Source: Bacteroidota bacterium (GTDB lineage: Bacteria; Bacteroidota; Bacteroidia; Bacteroidales; GCA-2711565). Taken from it: a stretch of 64,000 nucleotides of DNA. Numbering within the stretch: the stretch's first letter is position 1; every line of letters starts with the position of its first letter. The position numbers and the translations under genes are program-made. The notes beneath the pieces were generated by a model. That model ran no database searches. It saw only the letters and a program-made list of their open reading frames with translations, and was not told the origin of the DNA. Where the stretch lies: positions 479 through 64,478 of the forward strand of contig PIVJ01000005.1 in NCBI GenBank assembly GCA_003353955.1, in the 5' to 3' direction. Shown in pieces: positions 1 through 11,073 of this stretch.

Positions 1-161
1 TGTTTTGCCATCTTGTCATTTCACGATTAACTTTTCCATTAAGGGATTGTAAGGAAATAATTTTCTGTAAATCAGTTCCCTTTGTGCTGAATATTTAAAC
101 GCTGACTTTATTAATCATTATCAACGAGCAAGTAATAGTAATGATTCTCATAAAAAATAGC

Positions 162-3100
162 TTATCCTACTTTCAATACTTGAATATTGCTGCCGATATA
201 AATTAAATATTTTTCAATTTTGCTATAGCCCAATTTTGAAATTTCACGTGCGTATTTATTAATTTGTAGTTCGTGTTTGGATTCCGGTTTGCCGGTTTTA
301 TAATCAATAATTATCAATTTATCATCCTCAAAAACCAATCGATCAGGCCGTAATAAATGTCCATCCGGAAGTAATATTTCAGCTTCGTTTTTAATTTTTA
401 AGCCCTTGGTGAAAAATCTATTTACTTTCGGATGGCCCAATAAATCACTAAGCGTTCTTGTAATTTCTTCCTTTTCCTCACTTGCAATAACCCCTGTTTC
501 CGAAAAACTATCGATTACTGATTTAACATCAGATTCATCAATTATCTTAGACAGGATAAGATGAATAAGATTTCCCCAATCATTATTTCGTTCAGGATTA
601 TCCATATCCCAAACATCAGGTGCTCCCGTACTTATCAATAATTTTTTCCTCCAGTTTTCCGATACGAAGTATTTCATCTGAATCGTATTTCCACCTTCTG
701 CTTTTCCTGATTCAGCTTTCTTTTTCCGCACACCAGACTGATAAAATTCTTGTTTCTCATCCCAGTCCGGGCTCTGTTTTAAATAATATGCTATAAGATT
801 AGGGATAGAAGATTTATCACTCTTTTTCCCGGTGACCCGCTCCGTAATCATGTACAAACGTTCAGCGGGTCGTGTAAAAGTTACGTACAATAAATTGATT
901 GCATCAAGGAAGGATTTATGTTGTTCTTTCTCTAAATGGATTTCGTAGTCTGTATATTCAACAGCGGCTTTGGTTAAAGGCAAATAAGCGGTTTTTAGTT
1001 TGGGTAAAGCTTCGTCCTTAATATCAATCCAAGCATTTTTTAGGGTCGTTTTTATCTCGTCGTTGGCGAAAGGATAGATTACTACCGGGAATTCCAGGCC
1101 CTTTGATTTGTGAATGGTTAAAATTTGAATTGCATTCTGACTTTCCGGCAGTATTACCGATTCTTTGTTTTTATTTTCATTCCACCATTGAATAAAATCA
1201 GCAACGTTGGGCTTACCCTGAATCGTAGATTTGAGGGCTGCATCCAAGAAGAATTGCAAGAATGGGTTCGCACTTTCATTTAAGTTAAATATTCGAATTA
1301 CTTCCTCGCATAAATCGTATACCGGAAGATTAATTAATGTGTCTCTGTTAAGATTGAATTGGGAAGTTCTCAAATACGAGATGAATTTATCCGCAGCTTC
1401 ATCCTCTATAGCTGAATCGTACTCAATTGCCTTAAGTGCATCATTCAGGTTTTTATTGATTTTATCGGCACTTATTAGGTATTGCAAGATTGCTGTTTTA
1501 CTAATTTTATCAACCGGATCCATTAAATAATTGAATATGGCCATTATAAAATTCAACTCAGGGGCGCTTGATAATAAAAGAGATTCTGAAGAAACGATGG
1601 GGATTTTTTCTTCAAGCAAATATTTGGCAATTAATGAGGCTGTTTTATTTGAGCGACATAGAATAGCCACATCCCCGTAGTTGAACAGATCCTCTTTCAG
1701 CTCCAGAATGATGGATTTAACTTTTTGAAGGTTTTTATCCTGCCACTCTCCTGCTGATTTTTTTTCGATTAGATCGACGCGTACGAGGCCACCACTATTG
1801 GTTTCATCAAATTGCTGTTCCAGTCCGCTATAAATTTTTTGATGATTTTCCTCAATCAAGCCAGATAATGACCTGAATAAATGGTTATTAAACTCGACTA
1901 TTTCCTTTTTTGAACGATAATTCTCACTTAGAAACTTTTCAGTAAAATTCCTTGTGAGGTTTTGTTCACGCTCACTGGCCAACGGTAAGTCTTTATGCTT
2001 GTATATTTTTGGCAATATCGCAAACTGTTCCACTTCACCACTTCTGAACCGATAAATGGCTTGCTTCCCATCGCCGACAATCATATTAAAATGACCTTCG
2101 GCAAGCGAATTATCCACCAACGGAATTAAGTTATTCCATTGCATTACCGAAGTATCTTGAAATTCATCTATCAAGAATGATTTATATCGCTCACCTAATC
2201 GTTCGTAAATAAATGGTATGGGTTCATTCAAAACTACTTCAGCTACTCTTTTATTGAATTCAGAAATGTGAATAATATTTTCATTTTGCCGCTTCTCATC
2301 AATAATTCGTTCAATTTCGTTGAGTACTGCAATCGGGTAAATTTGGTTGTAAAGCAACTTATGTAGTTTAAACCTTTTATACTCCGTGTCAATTTTAGCT
2401 TTAATTTGAGTGTAACATTGGATCAAGTCAAGTTTGATAATTTCAATTGAGCCGACATCATTATCCGTAGCTTTTTGACTTAACCATTTGTCCTCTTCAA
2501 TTGTTTTTGCAACATATGAATTAGGAATAAAAACTTCATTTCTTTTATTACTAAGTTTACGAAAATAATTTCCGATACCACTTCTTCCTTGATAGAAGGC
2601 ATCTGCACTAATACTTTTGCCCTCAATTAATTGAACTGCCGACGAAGCAAGCGTGGAAATATCATTTTTAAATTTACGGGTGAATTTTCCGGTAACCGAT
2701 GCAATTTCATTATAATCATTATAAGTCAAAGATCGGATCTTATTGATATTCTTTCGGCCTTCTTCCCGAACCAGTGTATTAGAAATGTATAATAAGTCTT
2801 CTTCTATTCTCCAATCTCTTTCATCAGATGCCTTGGCCTTACTAAAATTGATTAATATTTTGGTTAGATTTTTATCATTTCCTACTCTGCTTATCAATAC
2901 ATCAATCACTTGTTTTAAGTGTTTTTGAGCATCGAGTTCTACCTCAAAATTTAAGGGCAATCTTAGATCGTATGCAAATGTTTTAATAATTTTATGAATA
3001 AAACTATCAATGGTACTAATGGCAAAATCGGAGTAATTATGTAAAATCAACGCTAAGGTTTTTCTGGCATTCGCTTTAATTTCTTTCTTTGAGAGTTTCG

Positions 3101-3347
3101 TTTCATCAAGCAAAGTAGGTAATAAGAACTTTATGGCAATCGAGTTCTCATCCTGTTGGTCAGCGGATAGTTCCTTTAAATATCTTATCACCCGCTCTTT
3201 CATTTCATTAGCGGCTTTGTTTGTAAAAGTTATCGCTAACACGTTACGAAATAAAAATGGATCCATGAGTACAATTCGCAGGTATTCTTTTACCAACGTA
3301 AATGTTTTACCAGAACCCGCAGATGATTTATATACTGTAAAATTCAT
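162..3347 (-). CDS. UvrD/AddA-like ATP-dependent helicase with C-terminal PD-(D/E)XK nuclease domain
   Basis: Intact 1061-aa ORF. Walker A SAGSGKTF at the N-terminus, UvrD-family motifs LIDEFQDTS and VGDGKQAIYRFRSG, C-terminal nuclease-like IIIDYKTGK. Confidence 0.85.
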   Translation of the reverse strand: MNFTVYKSSAGSGKTFTLVKEYLRIVLMDPFLFRNVLAITFTNKAANEMKERVIRYLKELSADQQDENSIAIKFLLPTLLDETKLSKKEIKANARKTLALILHNYSDFAISTIDSFIHKIIKTFAYDLRLPLNFEVELDAQKHLKQVIDVLISRVGNDKNLTKILINFSKAKASDERDWRIEEDLLYISNTLVREEGRKNINKIRSLTYNDYNEIASVTGKFTRKFKNDISTLASSAVQLIEGKSISADAFYQGRSGIGNYFRKLSNKRNEVFIPNSYVAKTIEEDKWLSQKATDNDVGSIEIIKLDLIQCYTQIKAKIDTEYKRFKLHKLLYNQIYPIAVLNEIERIIDEKRQNENIIHISEFNKRVAEVVLNEPIPFIYERLGERYKSFLIDEFQDTSVMQWNNLIPLVDNSLAEGHFNMIVGDGKQAIYRFRSGEVEQFAILPKIYKHKDLPLASEREQNLTRNFTEKFLSENYRSKKEIVEFNNHLFRSLSGLIEENHQKIYSGLEQQFDETNSGGLVRVDLIEKKSAGEWQDKNLQKVKSIILELKEDLFNYGDVAILCRSNKTASLIAKYLLEEKIPIVSSESLLLSSAPELNFIMAIFNYLMDPVDKISKTAILQYLISADKINKNLNDALKAIEYDSAIEDEAADKFISYLRTSQFNLNRDTLINLPVYDLCEEVIRIFNLNESANPFLQFFLDAALKSTIQGKPNVADFIQWWNENKNKESVILPESQNAIQILTIHKSKGLEFPVVIYPFANDEIKTTLKNAWIDIKDEALPKLKTAYLPLTKAAVEYTDYEIHLEKEQHKSFLDAINLLYVTFTRPAERLYMITERVTGKKSDKSSIPNLIAYYLKQSPDWDEKQEFYQSGVRKKKAESGKAEGGNTIQMKYFVSENWRKKLLISTGAPDVWDMDNPERNNDWGNLIHLILSKIIDESDVKSVIDSFSETGVIASEEKEEITRTLSDLLGHPKVNRFFTKGLKIKNEAEILLPDGHLLRPDRLVFEDDKLIIIDYKTGKPESKHELQINKYAREISKLGYSKIEKYLIYIGSNIQVLKVG

Positions 3348-3426
3348 AGAGATTATTCGAATTATAAAAATAGTAAGAATAATTCTATCCTGAACTTAGC
3401 CGGAAGAATAGTTATTAGTTGTTTTA

Positions 3427-6400
3427 CTATAGTAGCGGTGGTGGCATTTTTTTAGTTCGTTTCTTAAATAAATCACCAAAGGTATCAAACTCCTTTCTGT
3501 AAAAAATACCGACTCCCTGGGTATTAGGAGCCCTGTCATCGTAAGTATTTTCAAAGGAATTTATGTTTGAGCGATTAAATGCCTTAATTCTGAATCGTCC
3601 ATCACCTGTAAGTTTTACCTCAATATTTACATCACCCACAATATTGGTTGTATTATTCGCTTGGTTTCCCAACGCTCGTGAGTATTGATAGTCAACCAAT
3701 ACACGATTATCAAATAATTGCATTGAGAGTGCCATTTCTAATTCTTTCTGCGTATATTCTCCACTGGGGCGATAGTTTATTCCTACATCAAAGTCCTTAC
3801 TAATTCGCGAAAGCCAGTTACTCACCTGATTTGAGATTACATTAATGGATGATGCACCGATTGCTCCCGCAGATGGCGTAGAACCGGAGCTTATACTAAA
3901 ACTTCCCAGTACCAATAATGAAATCATTTGCTGATTCATTTGTGCATCATTATCCGTATCAAGTTGAGAAAAAATCAATTGCTCATCATCACTATCAATG
4001 TTGGGAATTCCTATGCTAAAATGGATTTCCGGGTTAAATAACTGTTGTTGAAGTTCAAGAAAACAATCGATATTGTATCTTCGGTCATCTGTTATATTAG
4101 AACCTGCTAAAGAAGCTTTAAAATCTGCTAAAGAAGCTTTGGTTTTGTATAAGGTTTTAATGTCTATTTCAGCATCATACGGACTACCTGTCCATGAAAT
4201 CTTACCCTCTTCGAGTATGCTAAATCGCCTGTTTATCAGGTTTTTAAGGGTGAAAAGAAAGGTTCCCTCTCGGATAAAATAATCGCCAAATATTTCAAAA
4301 TCTCCTTTGGAATTAACAGTTAATTTCATTTCTCCATTTCCATCTGCCTTTATATTACCTATTTGATAAGGCAAGAAAATCTCGATACCAGCATCGGGCG
4401 TTACGGACAAATTCAAGTTTAATGTTAGCCCTGAAAGATCTACATTGTAATCTGGAGGTGCCTGCGCGGTATCAGCAGGATTAACAAAAATAATGTAATC
4501 TGTTTCTGTAACTTCCAGATCATAATCAATTGGAATATTAATTTTGGTTCCTTTTTCAGAAGTAAGCGTAATATCCATCACTATATTATCTATCGGCCCA
4601 TGAATATGCACATCACCAGTTGCTTTTGCCTGGCCAAAAAATAAACTGTTTTGTTCGCGCGTGGTATTTAATCCCAATAAATTTTGTGGGGAAATGTTAA
4701 TGTCAAAATTAAGATTACTAAAATAATCATGCGCTATTCTGCCACTACAATTTGCTTGATTTCCCAATGAATCGTATAATACAATTTGATTAAATCGTAT
4801 TTCATTTTCTTTAAAGTTCACCTTATTGGCTAATGAATATGCAACATTTAAGTAATCTACCTTTACACTCGCTCGCATTAAATTTAATTCGCCTATCAGT
4901 TTTGGTTTATTTACAGAACCATCCAATTTAATATCTCCCGAAGCCAAACCTTCAATATTACTCAAAAACTCAGAAACGAATGGAGATAAGGAAGTTAAGT
5001 TAAAGTTATTGATGGTAATATTAAAGTCGAGGTTATTCGTTTCGAGCGTTGGGTAATAAAGCCCACTTATCCCGAAAACCTTACTTTCACTTACATTGCC
5101 AATATTAATAATTTCGAAAGAAGCAAACAGTGAATTTTCAATATTGCTCCAAATGGTCTTAATTTCTCCTCTACCTAAGTTTTCCTTATTCAACGACAAA
5201 TCAGAGATTTGTAAATCAGAAACGACTCTGACATCTTTAAAAGCATCGCTTAGATTAATATCACCATTTAGGACTCCATCAATATCCAAACCTGAGTTAT
5301 TGATTAGCAAATCAAAGTTGGCAAAGTCCCAATCTTTAAACTTTATATACAGCAAGTCTTCAGAAGATCCTGAAACTTTCCCATCAACTGCAAACTCTTG
5401 ATTTTCACTGAATATACTCAAATTATCAATTGTGATTTCAGAACTATCTATGGTCACTTTTGATAGCAGATTAATATTCCAGGCTGTATTATTAATCATG
5501 AAATCAGCCCTTTTAAAACCAATATCAGTTAAGGTTTTACTGTTGAGTTTTACGTATCCGGATAAGTATCCTGTATTTTCATTCGATTCTTTAAAATCAT
5601 CCCAGGCAATGCGATAATCAACACTGTCATTTTGTATAGAAGCTAATAAATTAAGATTTTCCAATCCTAAGGAATGACCCGCTTTGGATGCCTCGTCAAA
5701 AACCAGGTCCTTACAACCAGTTAATATCAGGAATGATTCCTCAGTATTATCGGTTTTTAAATACCAATCATAAAAAGTAATTCCGTTAAAAGAAATTTCA
5801 CTGGAATTTGCTTCAAGATAAGCCAAATTATTAGCAGAATTATACTTTCCACTAATCAGGGTATTGGGTGCAATTTCTAAATTTGGATAAATTAAATCGG
5901 TTATACTCAGTGTGTTTTTTAGCTCAATTTTGTAATTAAGATTATGAATATTGAGAGACGTGTCTCGCAATGCCTCATCAGAAATGAGTATAGGTGCATA
6001 TTTCCCAACGAGAGATTTGACTGAAGAAATCAATTCCTTAAATAAGAATTTACCGCTAATTTCTGCGTCAATATAATCAGATTTTACCTTAATAAGTTTA
6101 TTTGAGAGGCTATCATAGCTTGTTTTTAGGGTGAGTTCCTCAAGCAGATATTCCTTGTTTTCGTGCAAATAAACAGTATTGTTAATTTTAATTGAGCCTT
6201 CCATATCATCCAATTCAACACCTGCAAATTTCATATTCAGATCCGTTGATAGGATCGCAGTTGAATCCTGATCAAATAAGTTAATGTTATATAAATGAGC
6301 ATTCTTAATACTGGAATTAAAATCAAATTCAGGAATCTCTTTATTAAAATCAACGCGACCATCAAAAGTAAAACCAATATCCTCATCAGTAATTGCCAAA

Positions 6401-7977
6401 TGTCCATCAAACTTATTATCGGCTAATTCAGCATTAACCTTCACCTGACTATATGTATTTTGTTTGAATTCCAACGAACTAATTATTCCATTAAGATTTA
6501 AGAGAACATCTTCCTGCGACAATCCAGAACCATTAAAATTCAGGTCCAGGTTCATCGAGCCTAAATATTCGGCACTATTCAGCATTGCTCCTAGATCAAA
6601 TTTCAAGGATTGAATCCGGCCATTATATTGGGTTAATCCAGTTGAATTATTGGGGCTCATATTTGCCTCCAACGACAAATTACCAATTTCTGATTTTACG
6701 ACTAAAATCGTTTCGAAATCCTTATAAACGCCATTTATATGACCAATCATTGAAACTCGCCCCAGCCGCGAAATTTCAGAAGGTAATGATAAATATGTGG
6801 AATGAATTGGAAGTCCAAATTCTGAAATATCATATGTTGAAGTATGCAGTTTCTCAATCTTGAGATTAACGAAGGCTTCTTCAATATCAGGTAATCCTTT
6901 CATACTAAGGCTCCCATTAAAACTTGTGTGATTGCCAAAATTGAATAGTAAACTATTTGCAACGAAATCGCTCACGGTACCCTTAATTGTTGCATCGATT
7001 AATATAGAATTATTCATCACAAACAATTCAGGGGCGAAGTAACCAATATCTGATAAATTAAGCTGTGAGTTATGAATTACTGTATTAATATTAACCTTAT
7101 TTACAAAATCATTAAAATCAGTAATGTTAGAGAACCCAAAATTAAAATCAAGTGCCAAACTGGAATTATTTGTTTTTATATTTAATGATTGAGCTTCAAG
7201 GGACGTTTCAGTTAAGACAAAATCCCCCTTAAACTCATGAATCATAAATCCACTGTTTTCGGAACAATTAAGCTCATTAATCCTGAGAGAAAGTGTATCT
7301 CCAATTATATTCAAATTAGATAATTTCAGATCGATCTCCTTCACGATAATTCGATCATAATCCATTCCCTTCAGCACTTTCGCCTTATTTTCATTAATAA
7401 TGCTAAAATTGGAATTTTGCAATTGAAGTGAATTAACTCCGATCTTCCATGCTTTAGGGGGAATGGTATCTATCACCTGATACGAACTTTCACGTGCATA
7501 ATTATCAATTAGAAATTGAAAATTTATTTCAGTTTCTCCCTCATAAGTTTTTAATTGAATATCAGTATCTCCGAATATGATTCTATCGATTAACAGGATA
7601 TTCTTCCTTGGTCTAAATTTATCGATATTAATAATTATTTTATCTGAAACGAGGATTGGATTATTATGTAAATCATACACTTCAATATCCTTAATTAAGA
7701 TATCAAAGAATGCCGTTACAGTTAGTTCACCAATTTTAATTTCGGCATTAAGTTTTTTCGAGAAATATTCTGTAGCAATTCTGGTAGCAATGGATTGAAT
7801 ATAAGGATCGCGAAGCAATACAAAAATTGCGAGTATAACAGAGAATAATACTGCAATAGAATTCAATAATATTTTAAATATCCTTTTTTTGATAACTTTG
7901 TGCGCTAATTTATCCTTATAATTTAAACTACGAATGAGCACTTTTATTTTAGGTATCGAGTCATCTTGTGACGACAC
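3427..7977 (-). CDS. Translocation/assembly module TamB-like protein (DUF490 family)
   Basis: Intact 1516-aa ORF with a single N-terminal TM helix (ILLNSIAVLFSVILAIFVLL) and a long Asn/Ser-rich beta-type body. Size and the divergent arrangement with tsaD are typical of Bacteroidota TamB homologues. The start overlaps the tsaD start. Confidence 0.7.
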   Translation of the reverse strand: MSSQDDSIPKIKVLIRSLNYKDKLAHKVIKKRIFKILLNSIAVLFSVILAIFVLLRDPYIQSIATRIATEYFSKKLNAEIKIGELTVTAFFDILIKDIEVYDLHNNPILVSDKIIINIDKFRPRKNILLIDRIIFGDTDIQLKTYEGETEINFQFLIDNYARESSYQVIDTIPPKAWKIGVNSLQLQNSNFSIINENKAKVLKGMDYDRIIVKEIDLKLSNLNIIGDTLSLRINELNCSENSGFMIHEFKGDFVLTETSLEAQSLNIKTNNSSLALDFNFGFSNITDFNDFVNKVNINTVIHNSQLNLSDIGYFAPELFVMNNSILIDATIKGTVSDFVANSLLFNFGNHTSFNGSLSMKGLPDIEEAFVNLKIEKLHTSTYDISEFGLPIHSTYLSLPSEISRLGRVSMIGHINGVYKDFETILVVKSEIGNLSLEANMSPNNSTGLTQYNGRIQSLKFDLGAMLNSAEYLGSMNLDLNFNGSGLSQEDVLLNLNGIISSLEFKQNTYSQVKVNAELADNKFDGHLAITDEDIGFTFDGRVDFNKEIPEFDFNSSIKNAHLYNINLFDQDSTAILSTDLNMKFAGVELDDMEGSIKINNTVYLHENKEYLLEELTLKTSYDSLSNKLIKVKSDYIDAEISGKFLFKELISSVKSLVGKYAPILISDEALRDTSLNIHNLNYKIELKNTLSITDLIYPNLEIAPNTLISGKYNSANNLAYLEANSSEISFNGITFYDWYLKTDNTEESFLILTGCKDLVFDEASKAGHSLGLENLNLLASIQNDSVDYRIAWDDFKESNENTGYLSGYVKLNSKTLTDIGFKRADFMINNTAWNINLLSKVTIDSSEITIDNLSIFSENQEFAVDGKVSGSSEDLLYIKFKDWDFANFDLLINNSGLDIDGVLNGDINLSDAFKDVRVVSDLQISDLSLNKENLGRGEIKTIWSNIENSLFASFEIINIGNVSESKVFGISGLYYPTLETNNLDFNITINNFNLTSLSPFVSEFLSNIEGLASGDIKLDGSVNKPKLIGELNLMRASVKVDYLNVAYSLANKVNFKENEIRFNQIVLYDSLGNQANCSGRIAHDYFSNLNFDINISPQNLLGLNTTREQNSLFFGQAKATGDVHIHGPIDNIVMDITLTSEKGTKINIPIDYDLEVTETDYIIFVNPADTAQAPPDYNVDLSGLTLNLNLSVTPDAGIEIFLPYQIGNIKADGNGEMKLTVNSKGDFEIFGDYFIREGTFLFTLKNLINRRFSILEEGKISWTGSPYDAEIDIKTLYKTKASLADFKASLAGSNITDDRRYNIDCFLELQQQLFNPEIHFSIGIPNIDSDDEQLIFSQLDTDNDAQMNQQMISLLVLGSFSISSGSTPSAGAIGASSINVISNQVSNWLSRISKDFDVGINYRPSGEYTQKELEMALSMQLFDNRVLVDYQYSRALGNQANNTTNIVGDVNIEVKLTGDGRFRIKAFNRSNINSFENTYDDRAPNTQGVGIFYRKEFDTFGDLFKKRTKKMPPPLL

Positions 7978-8956
7978 ATCAGCTTCGGTTATTAAGAATA
8001 CTCAAATTCTTTCGAACGTAGTTGCCAATCAGGAAGTTCACAAAAAATATGGAGGTGTAGTTCCGGAGCTAGCTTCACGTGCCCATCAGCAAAATATCAT
8101 ACCTGTTGTCGAAAGTGCTTTACAAGAGGCAAATATAACTAAAAATCAGCTTAATGCTATCGCATTTACACGGGGCCCGGGATTATTAGGGTCGTTATTG
8201 GTAGGAACTTCATTTGCCAAAACTTTTGCCTTAGGTTTGAATATATCCCTAATTGAAGTTGATCACCTGCAAGCTCATGTACTCGCACATTTTATTCAGG
8301 AGTCAGAAGCAGATTTAGTCCCTGTTTTTCCTTTTTTATGTCTCACTGTTTCAGGGGGACATACACAAATTGTTTTGGTGGAAGATTATTTTAAAATGAA
8401 AATAATTGGAAAAACAATTGATGACGCCTCAGGCGAAGCATTTGATAAGGCAGCAAAAATATTAGGATTGGAATATCCCGGCGGACCTTTAATTGACAAA
8501 TATGCAAAATTGGGAAATGCCAATGCTTTTAAATTTCCTGAGCCAAAAATTTCAGGTTTGGATTATAGTTTTAGTGGTTTGAAGACTTCCTTTTTATACT
8601 TGGTTCGAGATCAACTAAAGATTGATGACAACTTCACTAAGAATAATCGAGATGATTTGTGTGCTTCTATTCAAAAAACAATTGTTCAGGTATTATTGAA
8701 TAAATTAAAAAAAGCTTCAATTACTACGGGAATAAAAGAGATTGTAATAGCCGGGGGGGTTTCGGCTAACTCTGAAATTCGCCAAACGCTGTTGAATTAT
8801 CGTAATGAATTGGGTTGGAATGTATTCATTCCTAAACTTGAGTACACTACTGATAATGCTGCAATGATTGCCATTACAGGATATTTAAAATTTAGAAATA
8901 AACAATTTACAGATCAACGCATTACTCCTTATGCAAGAAGCACGAATCGATATTAA
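7934..8956 (+). CDS. tsaD: tRNA N6-adenosine threonylcarbamoyltransferase TsaD
   Basis: 340 aa. N-terminal ILGIESSCDDTSASV, HLQAHV and GGVSAN motifs characteristic of the Kae1/TsaD family. Confidence 0.9.
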   Translation: MSTFILGIESSCDDTSASVIKNTQILSNVVANQEVHKKYGGVVPELASRAHQQNIIPVVESALQEANITKNQLNAIAFTRGPGLLGSLLVGTSFAKTFALGLNISLIEVDHLQAHVLAHFIQESEADLVPVFPFLCLTVSGGHTQIVLVEDYFKMKIIGKTIDDASGEAFDKAAKILGLEYPGGPLIDKYAKLGNANAFKFPEPKISGLDYSFSGLKTSFLYLVRDQLKIDDNFTKNNRDDLCASIQKTIVQVLLNKLKKASITTGIKEIVIAGGVSANSEIRQTLLNYRNELGWNVFIPKLEYTTDNAAMIAITGYLKFRNKQFTDQRITPYARSTNRY

Positions 8957-9819
8957 GGGTCAATTTCTATAAAACTGTCTTCATACCATGTCATTATCAT
9001 TTCTCCTTTTCGATCATAATGATAATAGGCAGTTGGTACTTCTCCTGCAGGCATCTTTTCCTGGATATGTAGATTGAGTAAATAATCGTATAAATTAACT
9101 GCATACTTCTTAGCTGATAGTACTGCGAGTTCGTAAACGTCTATAACGCTAACACTATCAATTTTATATAGATAAGTTAGTCCTGATTTCCTTTCGTGTT
9201 TTCTAATAAATCTTCCATCAACATCATCATGCAAATAATAACTGGAATATAAAACAGGATATTGTTCAGTTGGTAGATTGTGCCGATCAAGTTCAAACCA
9301 TGAATTGAGATTAATGGCATTTACATCGATATCTACCGAATAATAATGTCCTAAATCAAGATACTCTGGGCTTAGTATGTACCTATATACTTCCAATTCC
9401 ATTTGAGCAAGATTTAGCACATACGAACTATCGTTTAATGCAATAAATTCATCCATTCTATCAATCTCATAAACATTAAAACCATATAGGTTTAGTTCTT
9501 TAATTAAACTTTCCTTGCAAAGGCTTAATAACAATGAATCATCAATTTTTTGGAGAAACGCACTTTGGGCGTAAAGTATCGAATCCAACACGAATACACC
9601 CAGACTATCGGCATTTGGGATAGAATCAGCTTTTAAACTCACTTTATGAATGTTATCAGGGAAAAACAATAGTATCGATTTCTTATCAACCTTCCTAACA
9701 TAATTAGTTGCGATTTTTCGTTCAAGGCTACAGGAAACAAGTAAAACGCCAATGAGTATTAATAAGAGTAATCTTGTGTTACGGTATAATTTCATCATAA
9801 ATTCAATAGAAAAAAACAA
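8953..9819 (-). CDS. Hypothetical lipoprotein
   Basis: 288-aa ORF. Signal peptide with lipobox LLVSC after MKLYRNTRLLLLILIGV; the real start is probably the internal Met at about 9795-9798. I recognise no family. Confidence 0.6.
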   Translation of the reverse strand: MFFSIEFMMKLYRNTRLLLLILIGVLLVSCSLERKIATNYVRKVDKKSILLFFPDNIHKVSLKADSIPNADSLGVFVLDSILYAQSAFLQKIDDSLLLSLCKESLIKELNLYGFNVYEIDRMDEFIALNDSSYVLNLAQMELEVYRYILSPEYLDLGHYYSVDIDVNAINLNSWFELDRHNLPTEQYPVLYSSYYLHDDVDGRFIRKHERKSGLTYLYKIDSVSVIDVYELAVLSAKKYAVNLYDYLLNLHIQEKMPAGEVPTAYYHYDRKGEMIMTWYEDSFIEIDP

Positions 9820-9855
9820 GAGTGACTTTCATTTTGACGCAATGCGTAAATATTA

Positions 9856-11058
9856 TTAACTTGAAAGGAGTTTTGTACCAAACGCTATGCCATAGTCAAT
9901 GGCTTGTTGAATTTCCTCTTCCGTGGGGGTGAATTTCACAAACATCCCTTCTCCGTAATAATCCAATTTTAAATTTTGAAGATTGGATTTAATGTATTCT
10001 TTCCCTTCTCCACTCCATCCATATGAGCCAAAACCACCTGCTAATTTACCTTTATCCCGAATTGGGTTTAATACCGAAAATAATTTATAAATGGGTAATA
10101 ATATGTTTTGATTTATGGTTGGGCATCCAACGATTATTCCACTACTATTTTCCACATTTGCATCTAATTCACCAATGGAGGTAGATTCAATGTCCAACAC
10201 ATTTACCTCAATATTTCCGGCTTGCTTAATTCCTTTTGCTATATTTTTAGCCAATAATCCTGTTTTATGATAAGCAGAGACATAGGGGATAAATACTTTA
10301 ATCGTATCGGGTTTCATGATCGCAAGCTTCGAATATTCCTCAGAAAGTGTAACATATTTTTTCCAGTTGGATCGAAGAATGGGGCCATGCCCTGTACATA
10401 TAGTTTCAATCTTTAGAAGTCGAATTTTTTCAATAGCCTTTAACATAAACTTGCTGAATGGCTTCATAATTACATCAAAATAATACTTGAAGGCATCATC
10501 GAAGTTGCCAACTTTATCATCAAACATAGCCTCATCGCAGTAATGAGAGCCAAATGAATCACAAGAAAATAACAGCTGATCCTCAACTAAATATGTGTAC
10601 ATTGAATCGGGCCAATGAAGATTTGGTGCCCCGATAAATTGTAGCGTTTTATTTCCCAGATCCAGTTTATGACCATCTTTAACAACTAAATACTTAAAAC
10701 TAATTTCAACCAAATCTTTCAAATACCTGATCGCATTTGAACTACCTACAACTGTTGCATTTGGAGCAATCTCCAATAGATCTTTTAAGCTCCCAGAATG
10801 ATCAGGCTCGGTATGACCGAAGATAATATATTCGATCTCAGCAGGATTAACAACTTGCTTTATCTTGGAGAGATAAACATCCCAGAACTCTTCTTTGGAT
10901 GTATCAATAATTGTCTTCTTATCAGCATCAATAAAATAGGAATTATAGGTTGTTCCATATTTTGTTTCCATCACAACATCAAATGTCACGATATCATTAT
11001 CAAGAATACCGATCCACTTTACATCATTCGATACATTTAACACTTGCTTGTCTTCCAT
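9856..11058 (-). CDS. Flavodiiron protein (metallo-beta-lactamase-like + flavodoxin-like domains, FprA/ROO type)
   Basis: 400 aa. Di-iron site motif GHTEPDHSG in the N-terminal half; the C-terminal half is flavodoxin-like (IIVGCPTINQN). Confidence 0.8.
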   Translation of the reverse strand: MEDKQVLNVSNDVKWIGILDNDIVTFDVVMETKYGTTYNSYFIDADKKTIIDTSKEEFWDVYLSKIKQVVNPAEIEYIIFGHTEPDHSGSLKDLLEIAPNATVVGSSNAIRYLKDLVEISFKYLVVKDGHKLDLGNKTLQFIGAPNLHWPDSMYTYLVEDQLLFSCDSFGSHYCDEAMFDDKVGNFDDAFKYYFDVIMKPFSKFMLKAIEKIRLLKIETICTGHGPILRSNWKKYVTLSEEYSKLAIMKPDTIKVFIPYVSAYHKTGLLAKNIAKGIKQAGNIEVNVLDIESTSIGELDANVENSSGIIVGCPTINQNILLPIYKLFSVLNPIRDKGKLAGGFGSYGWSGEGKEYIKSNLQNLKLDYYGEGMFVKFTPTEEEIQQAIDYGIAFGTKLLSS

Positions 11059-11073
11059 ATCTTAATTTTAATA

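Noticed and set aside
107-141. Inverted repeat AATCATTAT...ATAATGATT just downstream of the helicase stop
   Set aside because: It has a 9-bp AT-only stem and a 16-nt loop, and no U-run on the relevant strand. That is too weak to call a terminator.
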